Below are positions 26,065-38,935 of a DNA stretch of 64,000 bases, piece by piece. A program made the translations under genes and the position numbers. The DNA is from Bilabrum cf. latius. Lineage: Eukaryota. The notes under the pieces are model-generated. The model searched no databases. It was given only the letters and a program-made list of their open reading frames with translations, and was not told where the DNA came from. The DNA lies in assembly GCA_965178125.1 (NCBI GenBank), contig OZ237741.1, positions 1,178,001-1,242,000 on the forward strand, given 5' to 3'. Position 1 is the stretch's first letter; each line of letters begins with the position of its first letter.

Positions 26065-28320
26065 TCATCGCAGCCCGTCGGTGGCCGCAGGCAGCGCACC
26101 AGGCACCACCGCGCCCCCGGGCAAGGCCTCTTCCACGCTGCTGTCGCCCCCATCCATGATCGGAGCCTAGCCACTGGCACTACTAGCAGCACTCCTATCT
26201 TCACTACGGGCAGATGAGTTACCACCCGGCATAACACCCGCACCCGTGCCAGCACCATGTGCTTCCCCATCACCTGTCCCTAAACCCTCCCCCTGCATGG
26301 GACCCTGACCCCCCGCACTCCCCTGTGCCCCCTCCCCCTGCATGGGACCCTGACCCCCCGCACTCCCCTTTCCCCCCTCGCCCCCTTGCGCCGCCTCGAT
26401 CTCGTCCATCGAGAAAGACCCGAACTCCTTGTTCCACACGCGATAGTGCTCCAGCTCGCTCGCAGCCACCGAGCTGCGCACGGTCCGGATCGCTTCCTAA
26501 AAGTGCCTCCGGGAGATGGCAGCCAGCGAGGCCTCGCTCACCGCACCCAGCGCCTTGACACCCGCCAGCCCGCCCCCCGCGCCCGCCCTCCGTTGCTGCA
26601 GCACCAGGTCGCGCATCGGACCCATGGCAGCCTCGCGGCACAGGTTGTGCACGTCCGCTCCGGAGTACCCCGCCGTTTCCGCGGTGATCCAGTCCACGTC
26701 AGCGGCGGACAAAGAGTTCCGGTTCTGCCGCAGCAGCCTCCTCACGAGGAACTGCCTCGCGTCTGGGTCCGGCAGGGGGATGTACAACCGCTTCGTGAAG
26801 CGCCTGCGGGCTGCCTCGTCCAGCTCCTGCGGCCTGTTGGTTGCGCCCACCACGAGCACCTGCTGCCTCGAGTCCTTGTCCCCTCCCCCAGTGGCCCCGT
26901 CCATCTCCACCAGGAACTGCGTCTTGATCCGGCGGGAGGCCTCGTTGTCCTGCTCCGACCGAGCGGTGAGCAGGGAGTCGATCTCGTCGATGAAGACCAC
27001 GCTTGGACTCCGATACCTCGCCACCCCGAAGAGCGCCCTCACCATCTTCTCCCCGTCCCCGATCCACTTGCTCGTGAGGGAACTGGCGGAGATGGAGAAG
27101 AAAGTCGCGTCGCAGCTGCAGGCGACCGCCTTGCCTATCAGGGTCTTGCCTGTCCCCGGGGGCCCGAAGAGCAGCAGCCCCCTCGGGATGGCCCGCAGGC
27201 CCGTGAACAGGTCGGGCCTGGCCATGGGCCAGATCACCAGCTCGCCGATCGCGCTCTTGGCGTGAGGCAATCCGGCAATGTCATCGAACTCTACGCGCTG
27301 CCCGTCGTCCACCACCTCGTTCTCTATCATCTCCACCATGCGAGCCTCCAAGTTGGTCAGGCACTCGGGCAGCTCGGCCCCCTCTGCCTCGGCGCCTGCC
27401 TGCGCCGCGGCCACCTGCATGGCGTGAAGCGCAGTCCCCGGTTTCGCCGTGACACCGTCACCACCGCCGGCGCCCGAGCCCCCGCCGCCTTCCGTTCGCG
27501 GGCGGACGTTCCGGCTCGCCGCGGGCCCCCCTCCGCTGCCCGATCCAGAGCCGGCCCCGGCCCCGGCCCCACCTGCTGCCCCCTGCCGCCCCGGCGGGTT
27601 GAATGTCCGCCTCTTGAGACCAACCCGTGGCCTGGCTCTGCCCGCGCCATTACTACCATATGCATTGCCGCCCCCGTCGCTTCCCCCGCCCGAGCCGTAC
27701 CCGGCGCCCGCCCCGTTCATATGCTGTGCATCAGAGCCTCTTCCCCCACCACCTTTCTTCGCGAGATCGCGCATGTATTGCGCGCGAGCGCTGTTGAATC
27801 CGCCTGTGGGTGCACCTGTATCAGTTGCTGCGCTTGAACCGAGCGCGGTACCGCCACTAGCGGCGGCAGCGGCGCTGCGAGGCAATGAAGGGGGCGCCGG
27901 AGCAACTGCTCCGCTACTCGGCCGCGCAACTGCTCGCCCAGATCCCCCGCGCATGCCTCCAAACATGTGCCCGCTCAATCGCTTCATCATAACATCCATG
28001 CTAACCGACCCTCCAGTACTAGCGGCGGGTGCGTTCGCGCTCTGATATGGTTCGCCTGGACTGGTGTGCGACTTGGTTGCGGCCGCGGAGGAGGAGGACG
28101 AGCTGGCCGATGTCGTAGCGCTCTGAGCTAGCTGCCGCGCTCGCTCTGAAATTTCGTTGGCACGCATGTGGGACAAAAAGTCGGTTGAGAACAGCGGTGA
28201 TGCCTGCGCGAGCACAGTGATGCAGGCACGGGCAACGATGGTGCGATATCGGCGAGTTGCCGCCAGGCAGACATTTCGGCGCATCGGACGCAAGCGAATG
28301 CTCTCACAATAGCTGGACAT
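26065..28320 (-). CDS. FIGNL1: Fidgetin-like 1 AAA+ ATPase (start uncertain)
   Basis: [51 protein letters not shown] and [16 protein letters not shown]. The Vps4_C-like tail ([12 protein letters not shown]...WNKEFGS) follows TAG 26497; ends TGA 26065. Confidence 0.88.
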
Positions 28321-28854
28321 GGATCGGCACTGCTGAGTCGCCCTAAAACTGCGTCGGGGGACAATAGCCCCGCCAGGCCGCCGCGCACTGGAGGCAATTG
28401 GGGAGGTCTTGCCTGAGATTGGATTCTCTGCGAAGCGTGTCCCAATCGCCGGAGCTCTAGTGTATGCTCCAGTGTCGTCCCAGCACGGGTATTAGGAGAA
28501 TCAAACATGGCTCCGGAAGCTTGGCGCCGTGCGTCTCTCGAACCAGATGCGAGAGATACCAGCACGTGTCTGGCTCGAGCCACTCTCTCCGCATCGCCCG
28601 AGGAGTGCTCTCCATGGAGGTGAATATAGTCCTACATTAAGGCGGATTCAATAGTGTAGGCAGCGATGGCTTCCAAACTGCCTGGAAGCCTTGGTCGGGA
28701 AGAGAGAGAGAGAGAGAGAAAATAGAGTTTTCGCACGCAATTCAATACCAGAGACAATCCGAGGACTGCCACCAAAGGGAAGCATTTGAACCGAGAAGTG
28801 TGACGAGCCACAGCCACTCACAGGCAGACCCTCTAGAGTGAGCCACAGCCAGGC

Positions 28855-30813
28855 TCACAGCTGTCCACCGCCCGCCTACAACGCCTGTTGCCGCCGGCCC
28901 GCCACGTAATCCGAGTCCTGGTACCTCGCGGGATCGAACAGCTTCGCGCACGCCCCCCTCCAACCGGTGGCGTCCTCTGCCTCGAACGATGCGAACTCCC
29001 CGCAGGCCTGCGCCGCGACCATCTCCCCCGCCGCCATGGAAGCCATAATTCCGTACCCGCTCAATCCAGCCACGGTGAAGGCCCCCCGCACCGGGCAGGT
29101 GCTCCGCGTGAAGCGAGCATCCAGCGCACCCGGCTCGACTTCGCGGCACACGTCGCGCCAGCTGCGGCCGCCCCGCCCCACGAACCGGTCCAGCGAACCC
29201 GACAAACCTTCACCAGCTCGCCCCGGGCGGCCCCCCTCCCCCTCCCCCTCCTGCAGCAGCTCTACCGCCGGCGAGGCCCCCACGAGGGGCAAGTTCTCCG
29301 CCGTCCTGGTGTAGTACCCCCCGTCCACGCCCGGCACCCTCCCCGCCGTCGGTGCGGCCTCACTCGTCACACCTCGCCTTCTGGCCCACGCCCGCTGGGC
29401 CCGCCCCAGGGCCTCTGCGTCCCCCGCGTACGCCATCAGGTCCGGGATCACGCGGCTGAGCGCCCGCAGGCACAGCTCGGGATACAGCTCCGAGTCCAAC
29501 AGCCCCGCGTGGGTGGGGCACCCCGCGACGGGGGAGGGCACCTCCAGGGGGGCGTGCCAGCCCTCCCACAGCATCAGCACCGCGTCAGAGTCGGGGCCGC
29601 CGTAGGGCCGAAGGTGGGCGCCGGGCACCTGCTCCGCCCGCGCGAGGGCCTCTGCCCGGGCCGGCCCGAACCACTCGGTCACAGCCTCCAGCGACTCGGA
29701 GTCGTAATCCAGCTGCGCCCCGTCGGCGAGCACCACCATGGGTGCATTTCGGGGAACAACGCCGAGGGTGTCCCTGAGGAGCACTTTGGCGTGGAGCTCG
29801 CTGTACAGGGGCAGGTCCCCACCTCGCACCGCCCACCACGGCAAGCCCACGGCCCCGGCGGCCGTGGCCTCCCCCGACCACGGATCGGACGACTCGGAGC
29901 CGAAACCGCCACCGAATGGACCAGCACCTAGAAGGCGGTGCGTCTCCAGCGCCGCCGGCCCCGTGCAGTTCACGAACGTTCCGCAGGCTACGTCCTGCCT
30001 GTGGCGCCGCGGCCCACCGTTGCCCTTGCCATTCGACTCGTGAATGGACACGCCCGCCCCGACCACCCTTGGCTCTGCATCCCCACTCGTGCCACCCTGC
30101 AGGTGCACGGCATCCACGGCACCCCTCACTAGCCTGACCTCGCCCCCAGCGGCGCTTGCCTCCTGGCGTGCCGCCTCCAACGCCACCATGCCTGCGGTGT
30201 GGGCGGGCAGCCATCCGCACCTTCTGGCCCACGCGGCGCCAACGATGCCATCATCAAGGTACGGGAAGGCGTCTCGCACCGCGGCTTTGTCCGCCAGCAC
30301 GTCCACCCCGGGAGGAGGAGAAAGGGGAGGGGCACCTGTACCTGCACGCCATGCACCTGCGTGGTTGCCTCGTGGCGCATCTTGGAAGCTGCCGCGATGC
30401 TCCCGCACCATCGGAAACTCTGCCGGAACAGTGTCGTTGGAGCGACCATCGGATGTTTCCTCAAAAGCGGAGCACATTTCACGAATAAACGCATTGCTCC
30501 GACTGAGCTTCTCCCCGTTGCCTGGACTATTCCGAGTCACGAACAGGTACCCAGGTCGATGCATCTTGAAGTCTCCGCTCTCGCTTGCAAGCTCATCAAG
30601 AAGATCAATAGAGCGTGACATGAAGTGTCGCGACTCTGGCAGCGGCCAGGCGTCCCGAAAGCACTCAGTGCTTACTGCCGATGTGTACTACATCGCGGGC
30701 CGTGGATCTACTAAAAGGATGCGCTTCACGCCTCGCCTAACTAAGAATCGAGTAGTAGCGATTCCAGCAATGCCAGCACCTGCAACAACCGCATCAAATG
30801 TTGCAGGGATCAT
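28855..30813 (-). CDS. FAD-dependent oxidoreductase (DAO / sarcosine-oxidase-like family)
   Basis: DAVVAGAGIAG dinucleotide-binding motif lies upstream of TAG 30688; also TSAVSTECFR, DGGYYTRTAENLPLVG and LSGYGIMA. Reads through TAG 28876 to a C-terminal GGQL and TGA. Confidence 0.85.
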
Positions 30814-30924
30814 AAGGATCGGCAGATATTATGGCGGTTTCCGTTGCAGAAGATCGGGAGGCCGACTGACATGTGTGACGAGGGCACTCACAAATTTTCG
30901 AGGTTGCCACTTCACGGCAGCCTA

Positions 30925-33900
30925 ATGGCTGGTGTGTCCCGTTCACAACTATCTGAATAGTCTGATTTGATCGATAATGCTATAAAGTCCCTTCGACGAT
31001 TGATATCGCTGCCAGATGGGATCCGATCCGTCCTTCGGCGCCCTCCCTTTCGGCTGGTACTCGACGTTGCGATAGCAATCGACTCCAAGACGAAGGCCCT
31101 CGCCGGCTTATTCCAGGGCGATGAGAAGTCATCTAGGCGTATCAAGCAGCGCTACGGGAAGGATGGGAAAGCCCTAGTGTTGCAAAAGCTTGTCCGAGCT
31201 GTCGAGACTGCAACGGGTGCGAAGCAAGACTCCTTGTGCAGCGTTTCTGACATTCTTAGAGGGAAGAACCCGGGTCGGACGTGCAACCTCTTGCATCAGC
31301 TAGCCATTCTCGCGTCTGCTCCCGACTCTGTCGCCGAGCTTCAATCGGCCTCGAAGCTGGCTTGCACAGAATTCGAAATGGAGCGAATCCGTGTGTTTGG
31401 TCCCATCGGAACGGGGCAGAGCGCCATAAGCGATAAGCCGAGTGCCGGTGATACGGCTCACCGCGACGACAAGGCAATGCGCGCCGGCCCATTGCCGGTG
31501 AGAGCGGCTCACACTGGCACCGGCACTGGAATGCTCGGGGCACGCTCAGAAGCAGGCACGGACAAACTGCAGCATTCAAGAGGCGGTGAATTGAAATCAG
31601 CAATTCAAAAAAAGTTCAGACCCCTTTCAGCCAGACGCGCAGGCAGGTCAAAGCCCGTACTGGCGGAGACTCGCCACCTGCAGGACACGCCACAACTTGA
31701 AGGTACCAGTGGCCACCGAAACGCGCCGGCCGCAGAAGGAGCACCCACTCGTCACGCGTCGGTAGAGGGGGGAGGACTCGTCACACCACGAGGCAGACGT
31801 GCAGCCCTGGCTCGGCTGGGCCTCTCCACCGAGTCGGAGGGCGCGGCAGGGGAAGGGGCAGTGGCAGTGGCAGGGGCAGTGGAACGGGCAGGAGCAGAAG
31901 GGGAAGAGGCTGCTGGGTTCGCACCTTCTCGGTCCCGCGCCTCCGTGATGACCGATGGGGCTGGCCCTGCAGCTCACGAGTACATTGAGAAGGGTATGGT
32001 GCGCACTCGGCTGCGGCGGCCAATGTCGGCGGCTCTGTCGCGGCGCTCTCAGCATGACGGTGCTCGGATTCGCGGGGGTAGTGGCCGGCACGGGGCCGGG
32101 GACACGGTGCTGGGGGAGGGCAGGATCGGGGCGGTGGAGGGGGCGGTGGGCAGGAAAGCGAGGGCCTTGGAGCTGCTTGGTCTGGCATCTAGCAGTAGAG
32201 GCAGCACGGGGCGAGCGTCCGATGGGGTCGGAGGTGGTGCAGGGGCCGATGGTGCTCTGCGAGGGGCTGGACCAGATGCCAAAGCGAGTTCGTCGGTGCT
32301 TCGCGCGGCAGCATCTGGCCTTGGTCGCACTAGGCCGCAGTCCGCGACCGGAAGTAGGGGCACCGCGAGGCACAGGGACCATTTTGGGCTCCGGATGACA
32401 CGGGCAGCGGGCCGGAGAGACCAGGCAGACGGAACCGGTGCTGGGCCGCAAGGATTCGGCAGCAAGAGGCGAGCGCCCAGGGCCTCCGTGGCAACGAGCG
32501 GCGCGCTGTCAGGCGAGGGCTATGGTGGTCACGAGCATCGGCACGGGCAAGAACGTGAACGTTGGCGTGGGTCTGGGTCTGGGTCTGGGTCTGGGTCTGG
32601 GTCTGGCTCTGGCTCTGGCTCTGGGTCTGGCTCTGGCAGGGGTGCCTCGGTTCCGCTGTCCGGAGCGATGATCGGATCAGGGAGCCGCGCCGCGGCCCCC
32701 GCCTTGGGGTCATCTCCCTCCTGGACCCGTGCCACGGCCCCCGCCTTGGGGTCATCTCCCTCCTGGACCCGTGCCACGGCGGCTGAGAGCGAAGAGCTGG
32801 GGCAGAGGCTGCTGCTGGCGGCTGAGAAGGGAGACTCCGGGGCCGTGGGGGAGATCCTGGGTGAGTACGCCGTGCTGGGTCTCAGGCTGGGGAGCCAATG
32901 GGCGGGGAGGCTGGGGCATGCTGATGAGGGGGGCGGAGGGGTGGAGGCTGGGGGTGTCAAATCATCCGCATCGGAAGCGGGGGCTTTAAGTCCTGGATGC
33001 TCCGCTGGTGTCGGGGACAGGGGTCTGGAGCAGGAGATCTGGGACATGGCCGTGAGCGTGCTGCCAGACGCTGAGAGGGGGCTAAGCGGGTTCACTGCGC
33101 TGCATTACGCTGCATCTAGGGGTCACCACGAGGCCGTGTCTCTCCTGCTGTCGGCAGGGGCCTCCCCCGGGATTACGACCAGCGACGGTGACACTGCCCT
33201 GCACCTGGCCTGCGACGGAGGCCACTTCCGTGCGGTGAGGCTGCTGTTGGACTTCGGTGCCGACACCGAGGCCAGGTCGAGTGGCTCGCTGGACGAGACC
33301 CCGCTGTTCCCTGCGGCTCGAGGGGCCTCGCCGGGACACGAGTAGTGCGTGCGGCTTCTGCTCGCATCGAGGTGTGACGAGTGCGCCCGCAACCGGATCG
33401 GGGAAATCGCGTCCGAAGAGGCTGAGATGGCAAACATCGTGGGGATGCTCAGCGGGGACAGTGATGGAGCAAGTGCTCGCGCGGCCGGTCGCACCGGCCC
33501 CATCCACCGGATGGTGGCTCCGCTGCTCGTCCGTGTACTGGCAGCTCTGGATGCGGCTGACGTGGCGCGGGCGTGCATCGCTTGGGGCAGGGTCCATCGG
33601 CTGTGCTCTGGACCTGCTGGTGCCGTCCTCCTCGGCGGGCACGAGCGGGGAGGCAAGCCAGCCTCGGATGCTGCGGGGTAGCGAGGCTCAGGGGACAGTC
33701 AGCCGAGTGGAAGTGGTAGCAGGGAACATACTAGGGAATCGCAACCGCAATCGCAACCGCAATTGCAGCAGGAGCGGGAGCGGGAGCAGGAGCAAAACGA
33801 GGGGCAGGTCGGCGAGGAGGGAGCCAGTGGGGGAACAGGGGGCGGGGACGCTCCTGGTCCGGTGGCACGTGAAACATTCGATGCGCAGCAGCTTGCAAGC

Positions 33901-34059
33901 TCCGTTGCCACTGCCAGTGCTGCAGCGCGGGGTGCTTCTGACGCACCTGCCTACCACAGGGGCGCAGTGCACGGGGTGGGCGAGCACGAGGCCAGGCTGA
34001 GGCAACTGCTCGGGCTCGGGGGGTTTTCTAGGCCGGCGGCGTCTGACCTGTTCCGATGA
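30925..34059 (+). CDS. Protein with IFT54/TRAF3IP1-like N-terminal CH domain, ankyrin repeats and an F-box-like segment (about 1044 aa)
   Basis: LRRPPFRLVLDV...ILRGKNPGRTCNLLHQLA; ankyrin motifs GFTALHYAA, GDTALHLAC and ETPLFPAA; LLVRVLAALDAADVAR. TAG at 30958, 33343 and 33679; ends TGA. Confidence 0.7.
32569..32780 (+). repeat. Coding (GGGTCT/GGCTCT)n Gly-Ser microsatellite followed by a 42-bp tandem duplication
   Basis: Read directly from sequence; encodes (GS)n and APALGSSPSWTRAT x2. Confidence 0.85.
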
Positions 34060-34195
34060 TGATGGTGTTGGACCTTTCTCGGTCCCAATCTGGCCGCAGG
34101 GGGAAGAGCCAGATTTGGCGTGCCCGCACATTCGAACGTTCGCCGCCGAAGCCTACCGTTGAAACCGAGAAACTATTGTCCATTCTATCTCGACG

Positions 34196-37100
34196 ATGGC
34201 CGACAGCACTGCGGTAGGCGTTGCGAAAGCTCTCGTATCACTTTGCCGATCTATTTCCCCGGACAATGCAGCAGCGGCAACATGCGAGCGCGTGTGCAAG
34301 GCCGCTGGATACCTGACGGCCAATCGAGGTATGCTCTCTGTCCAAGCCTGCAAAAGGCATGCCTCTACCATCTGCCATTCGGATCCGTCTGCATCACTGA
34401 TTTTTATTTCCCACAGACAGCCTCGATCCAGCGGATGGTGAATTGGCGACCAAGGTAGTGTCAAGGTGCAGCTCCAACGGTACGTCCACCACTTTCGAGG
34501 CTTTTATTGAATTTATGATCCATAAAAAGTACGCGCATGAACCAGCACACATTTACTCCTTTTGCAGTATGCAAGAGTGCTCTTGCCACGACTTCGACGA
34601 AGGTGGCCGTTCGATTGGCTGTCACGTCGGACGTGCTGGGCTCCATGGCACCGCAGCACGACTCGCCGAGCAGCCTGGCGTTCCAGCAAATAATCAATAC
34701 TCTCATCAGGCACACTGCTGCCAGTTCCAGTCGAATCGCTGCCGTCACATCAGTGCTTCCAGACGTATAGGCGTCCCTAGCTGAGCTGATCGAATCGTGC
34801 TCCTTCCCGCCCCTCGTCGACTACGCCAAGTGCTGCGCTCTGGCGGCCGAGCCCCTCGCAGCTGCAGCAGCACGTGTATCGGCAGAGCCAGACGCGGCAT
34901 CCCCGCTGTCCTGGCCCTCGGGTGAGTGGCCCACGAACTCGCGCGTGCAGAGGCCAGCGGGATGGCAGTCAGCGACTGGCGAGGAGCACCGGCACCCCTC
35001 CCGCGGTGCATCTGGGAATAGGAGCAGCAAGAACAGCGAATCGGCTGCCTCTGCATTAGCCGCAGAAGCAGCCGCTCCCGGGACTGCGGCCTCCCTCTCA
35101 CTCGCCGTGGGGCAGCACCACCGTGCAATGCAGCAAGAGAGGTACACACCCCCCGACGAAGATGACGAGGACCAGGCAGCGGAGCTGACGGTTGCCACAC
35201 ATCCCGTACTGCGGAACCTCCCCGGCGGCGCCGCGGCCCTGCGGCGCAGCTGGCTGCTACCGCCTCATTGCACGGGGGTGGGCCGGAGCTCCGCGGCCGC
35301 CCTGGAGGCCCTCGTGCCCGCGGTGCAAGAAATCCTCCCCTCCCTGCACGATGGGTTGCATACGGGTCTCTCGCGGGCCCGTTCCGCCTGCGAGGCCGCC
35401 TTGCTGGCGGGCACCCAGTCGGCCTCGTGGGTAGAATCCCTGGCTGGTGTGGGCGCTGTGTCGGGGCTGTGGCGGGAGGGGGACCCCAGGTCTGGGTGGA
35501 ACAGGGACGTTTCGAAGCTGGGCTTTGTTCTCTCGGACGGGCGGGCTTGCCTGCGAGCCATGGAGCGACTCGGAGCCGCTATTCTATAGGTGGCTGCGAG
35601 CTCCGGGCCCCTGTCCGGATTAGAATCCTCTGCTTCAGGTGAGGGGAGCGGGGCCAGCCCGATGTCTCAGCCCCTGGAGCCGGCGCTACTGCAGGCTGCG
35701 TGGGAGGCCGTGCGGCAGCTTGGGCTCGTTGTGCCCGGTGATGCTGGTGGCAGTGCAACTGACGGTGGTGCTGCACCGGGTGTCATCCAAGACCAGGAAT
35801 CGCTCGGCGCCTGGCTGCAGAGAGGACAGGCCGTTTCTTCTTCTGCTGCTGCTGCTAGCGGGAGACCCATTGTGCAAGTTAGGCCGCCCTGGGGGCATGG
35901 CCTCCCGCTGGCCATTAGGGTGCCCGGTGCTTCGGCTGCTGGCGCTGGTGCAGGGGCTGGGCACCTAGCAGGGGCAGGGGCAGGGGCAGACTCGCCGGGC
36001 CGAGGCCAGGTGGTTGCAACCCCTAGCAGGGTGGTGGTTTTGAGAGACGCGGGCAGCACGCCCTCAGCTGCGCCAGGGCGCGAGACATAGTCCGGCCACG
36101 AGAGAAAGGAGGCCGCGCCCGGGGCAGTTGAGGCTGTGCTGGGCCCGTGGTTGAGGCACCAGAGGGTCTGCTGGATCTTGGCATACGGACACCCCGCGGG
36201 GCAAGGGGCAAGAAACAAGGGTGGGCGGGACGTGGGCGCACTCGTCACACTTCCGCCGGCACTGGGCAGTGCAGCGGACCACAGCGACGCGGGGGTGCGT
36301 GCCGATGCAGGGGCTGGAGTCGGGGCGGGGCCGAGCGCAGATTCTGGCGTGGTGCTGGCAAGCCGGAACTCTACTCCGGTGGGCAGCAATGGCGGTGGTG
36401 GAGCCGGGAGCATGCGCGCACGGAGGCGCCCCGAGGACTCGCAGGCGGGCGAGATCGGGCTGAGCGACGTAGGTGAGGCTGGCAGCGGGGGAAGCGCCCA
36501 GGAGCCAGCGAGGGAGGACGAGCCGGTGGCTGGTGGCGGCCTCCTTGATAGGCTGCTGCGCTCTATCTGCGGCTGCTGCTTCAGCGAGGCTGACGTCAAA
36601 GCAGCGACAGTTGTGCCGGTGGGCGGTGAGGGTCACCAGCACTAGCAGGAGCAGAAGCAGGAGCAGTCACAAGGTGGTAGGGGGTCAGCGGGAGGCGGCA
36701 GCAATGCCTCGCCTCGGGTCGGTCGCAATGCCGATCCAGCTGTTGCTGCTGCTGCTAGCACCGGTGCTGGCAGTGCCCCGCCAGCAGCTGCTACTGGCCC
36801 AGCTGTGTGGCCAGCTGGCACCCCCACGGCACTCCCAGACGACTAGGCTCCTGTGTTTGAGGCGATAGAAGAAGAAGATGCTGCCCTGAAGGTGCCTGCT
36901 GGCCCTGCAGTGGTGTTGTCCGGTGGACAGCAGGCAGCCGGGCCCAATGGCCTGGTTCACGGGCCTGTCAGTGCAACCGGCAGCGCGGAACCTACACTCA
37001 TCCAGGTGGTGCTCGTTGCACTTGCTGGCTTAGGCGGTCTGCACAAGAGGCTGACTGCCGCGGTAGATGCACTCGACGGCGTGCTGGCCGTGTGGCACGC

Positions 37101-38796
37101 CCAGGTCGGCCGCTCCCACTCGGACATCCTGCTCACTCAAGAGGGCAAAGAGGTGGGCTCGTCGGTCTACGAGCTAGATGCCACCCCCACTGCGGGGGGT
37201 TTCTCGGGGAGCAACGGGCCGGTGGATCCTGCCGCTGCCCGCCGGATTCTCGAGGAGAGCGGGATGGGGTCGAGCGAGCCGTGGAGGACTCGGTGGGCGC
37301 TGCAGGCTAGTGGCGCCATGGCGCTGCAATGCGATGCATCGAACCGAATCGTCACAGCGGCGCGCTCCGTCTTTACCCGACTGCTCCCCCTCGCCCGGCG
37401 CATGGTGCCCCAAACTGCCTGCAGCACGCTGGCCTCTGCAGTGAGTGGCTTCGTGCACGGGTGGGTGGGGCACGCAGCCAGGCACGGGTTGCGGATGGGC
37501 ACCGGCGGCGTCCTGCAGCTGCACACCGACCTGGTGTTCCTGAGGACCTGGATCTTGGCGGGGTGCCCCGTGGGGCGCGCGGTGGCGGACCTGGAGAAGG
37601 AGGCCAAAGCGGCGAAGGAGGCCGAAGAGGCCGCCAAGAAGGCAGGGGTGAGGAAGCCCAAGCCCAAGGACCCGCCGCTGCCGGACCTCCCGAAATGTGC
37701 GCTGCACTGCGCTGCAGTCCTGGCCGCCCGTCATCAGGCCACGGATCATCTGTTCCGGGATGCCACCGCCCAACTTGAGGATCACCGGCAGCAGGGGAAT
37801 CAGCAGGATGATGTGCAAAAGAGCGCGAGCGGTGCTCTCGGCTTTGACCTCGACCCCAACCGGCTGCCGGGGGCGGTGGCCGGGGACACTCCCCGGGGCG
37901 GTGCTGCCGACGATGAGCAGCAGCAGCAAGCCAGCGGGGGCAGGCGCCACTTTCCTGCCCCTGGTGCTGGTGCCGGTGTCGGTGGCGAAACTTCGGCAAC
38001 AGGTGGGCTCGCGGCGGCACTGGGTGCCTTGCGTGCCGGCTCGCCAGAGAGCACTCGACTAGAGGCACCGGAGGCGGAAGAGGGCGGCGTGCGGTGGACC
38101 TTCCACGGGGCCTCTGCGGTGGGGGAACTGCTGGGTGCATTGCCTTGCTGGGCACGGGCACACGGCGTGTTGCAGCTGCTCCTAGCGGGCACGGACGCGC
38201 CGGGGCGGCCGGGACACGCTCTGCTGGGCCCAAGCCCTGGCCATACGCCGATCGCACCCTCCACAGTAGTACCGATCGGGGGACGTGCAGCAACAGCGGC
38301 GGCAGCAGAGGCAATCGAAGGCTCTAAGGTCAGTCTGCGCACCGCCTCCCATCCCGCAGAGATCGGGGCAGGCGAACCCAAGGCGAACGGCAGTGCGGAC
38401 AGCACGAGCGCTGCTGGTGCTGCAGGTGCCTCCACGGGGGTCGGACAGGCGTGGGGTGGTGGTGGCGGTGTGGATGGCCCAGGCCAGGCAGCGGGAGAAA
38501 GCTCAGGCGCGAGCAATGCTGATGCAGCTCCAGAGTGGCCATTCAAGGTGCGCGCATGGCGTGGACCCGACGGGCAGGACTAGGCCACATTCCGGCTGGG
38601 CACGGTGGGGGCAGATGCATCTGTCGAGGACGCTGGTGTGTGGCTGAGGATTCGAAGGGGCCCTGGGGATGGGGCAAGCATCGAGGTAGAGAAAGAGGCG
38701 GTTCGGTCAGGGAACAAGGCGGGACTTCATCCGCTTGCGGTGGTCGTCGGTGGCGGGCTGGGGGCCAGCTAGCTGCCCGCCGTTGTGGCGCACTGA
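34196..38796 (+). CDS. Large Ala-rich protein with a CCDC142-like C-terminal motif; predicted introns 34329-34416 and 34480-34567
   Basis: One frame from about 34570 to TGA 38794 with seven TAGs. GWVGHAARHGLRMGTGGVLQLHTDLVFLRTWI resembles the CCDC142 GALQLxxD motif. Two 88-nt GT-AG introns link it to ATG 34196. Confidence 0.6.
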
Positions 38797-38935
38797 GAAT
38801 GGGGCGCCCGAGGCATGTCCGGGCCAGCTATGTCTTGCAGGCTATTTACACACATTTACGTGCAATCGGGTTCTGCCCCAATCAGTGTCGTGCACGCACC
38901 TTGACAACCGACTGTAGCAGGTATCGCTGTTTTGT

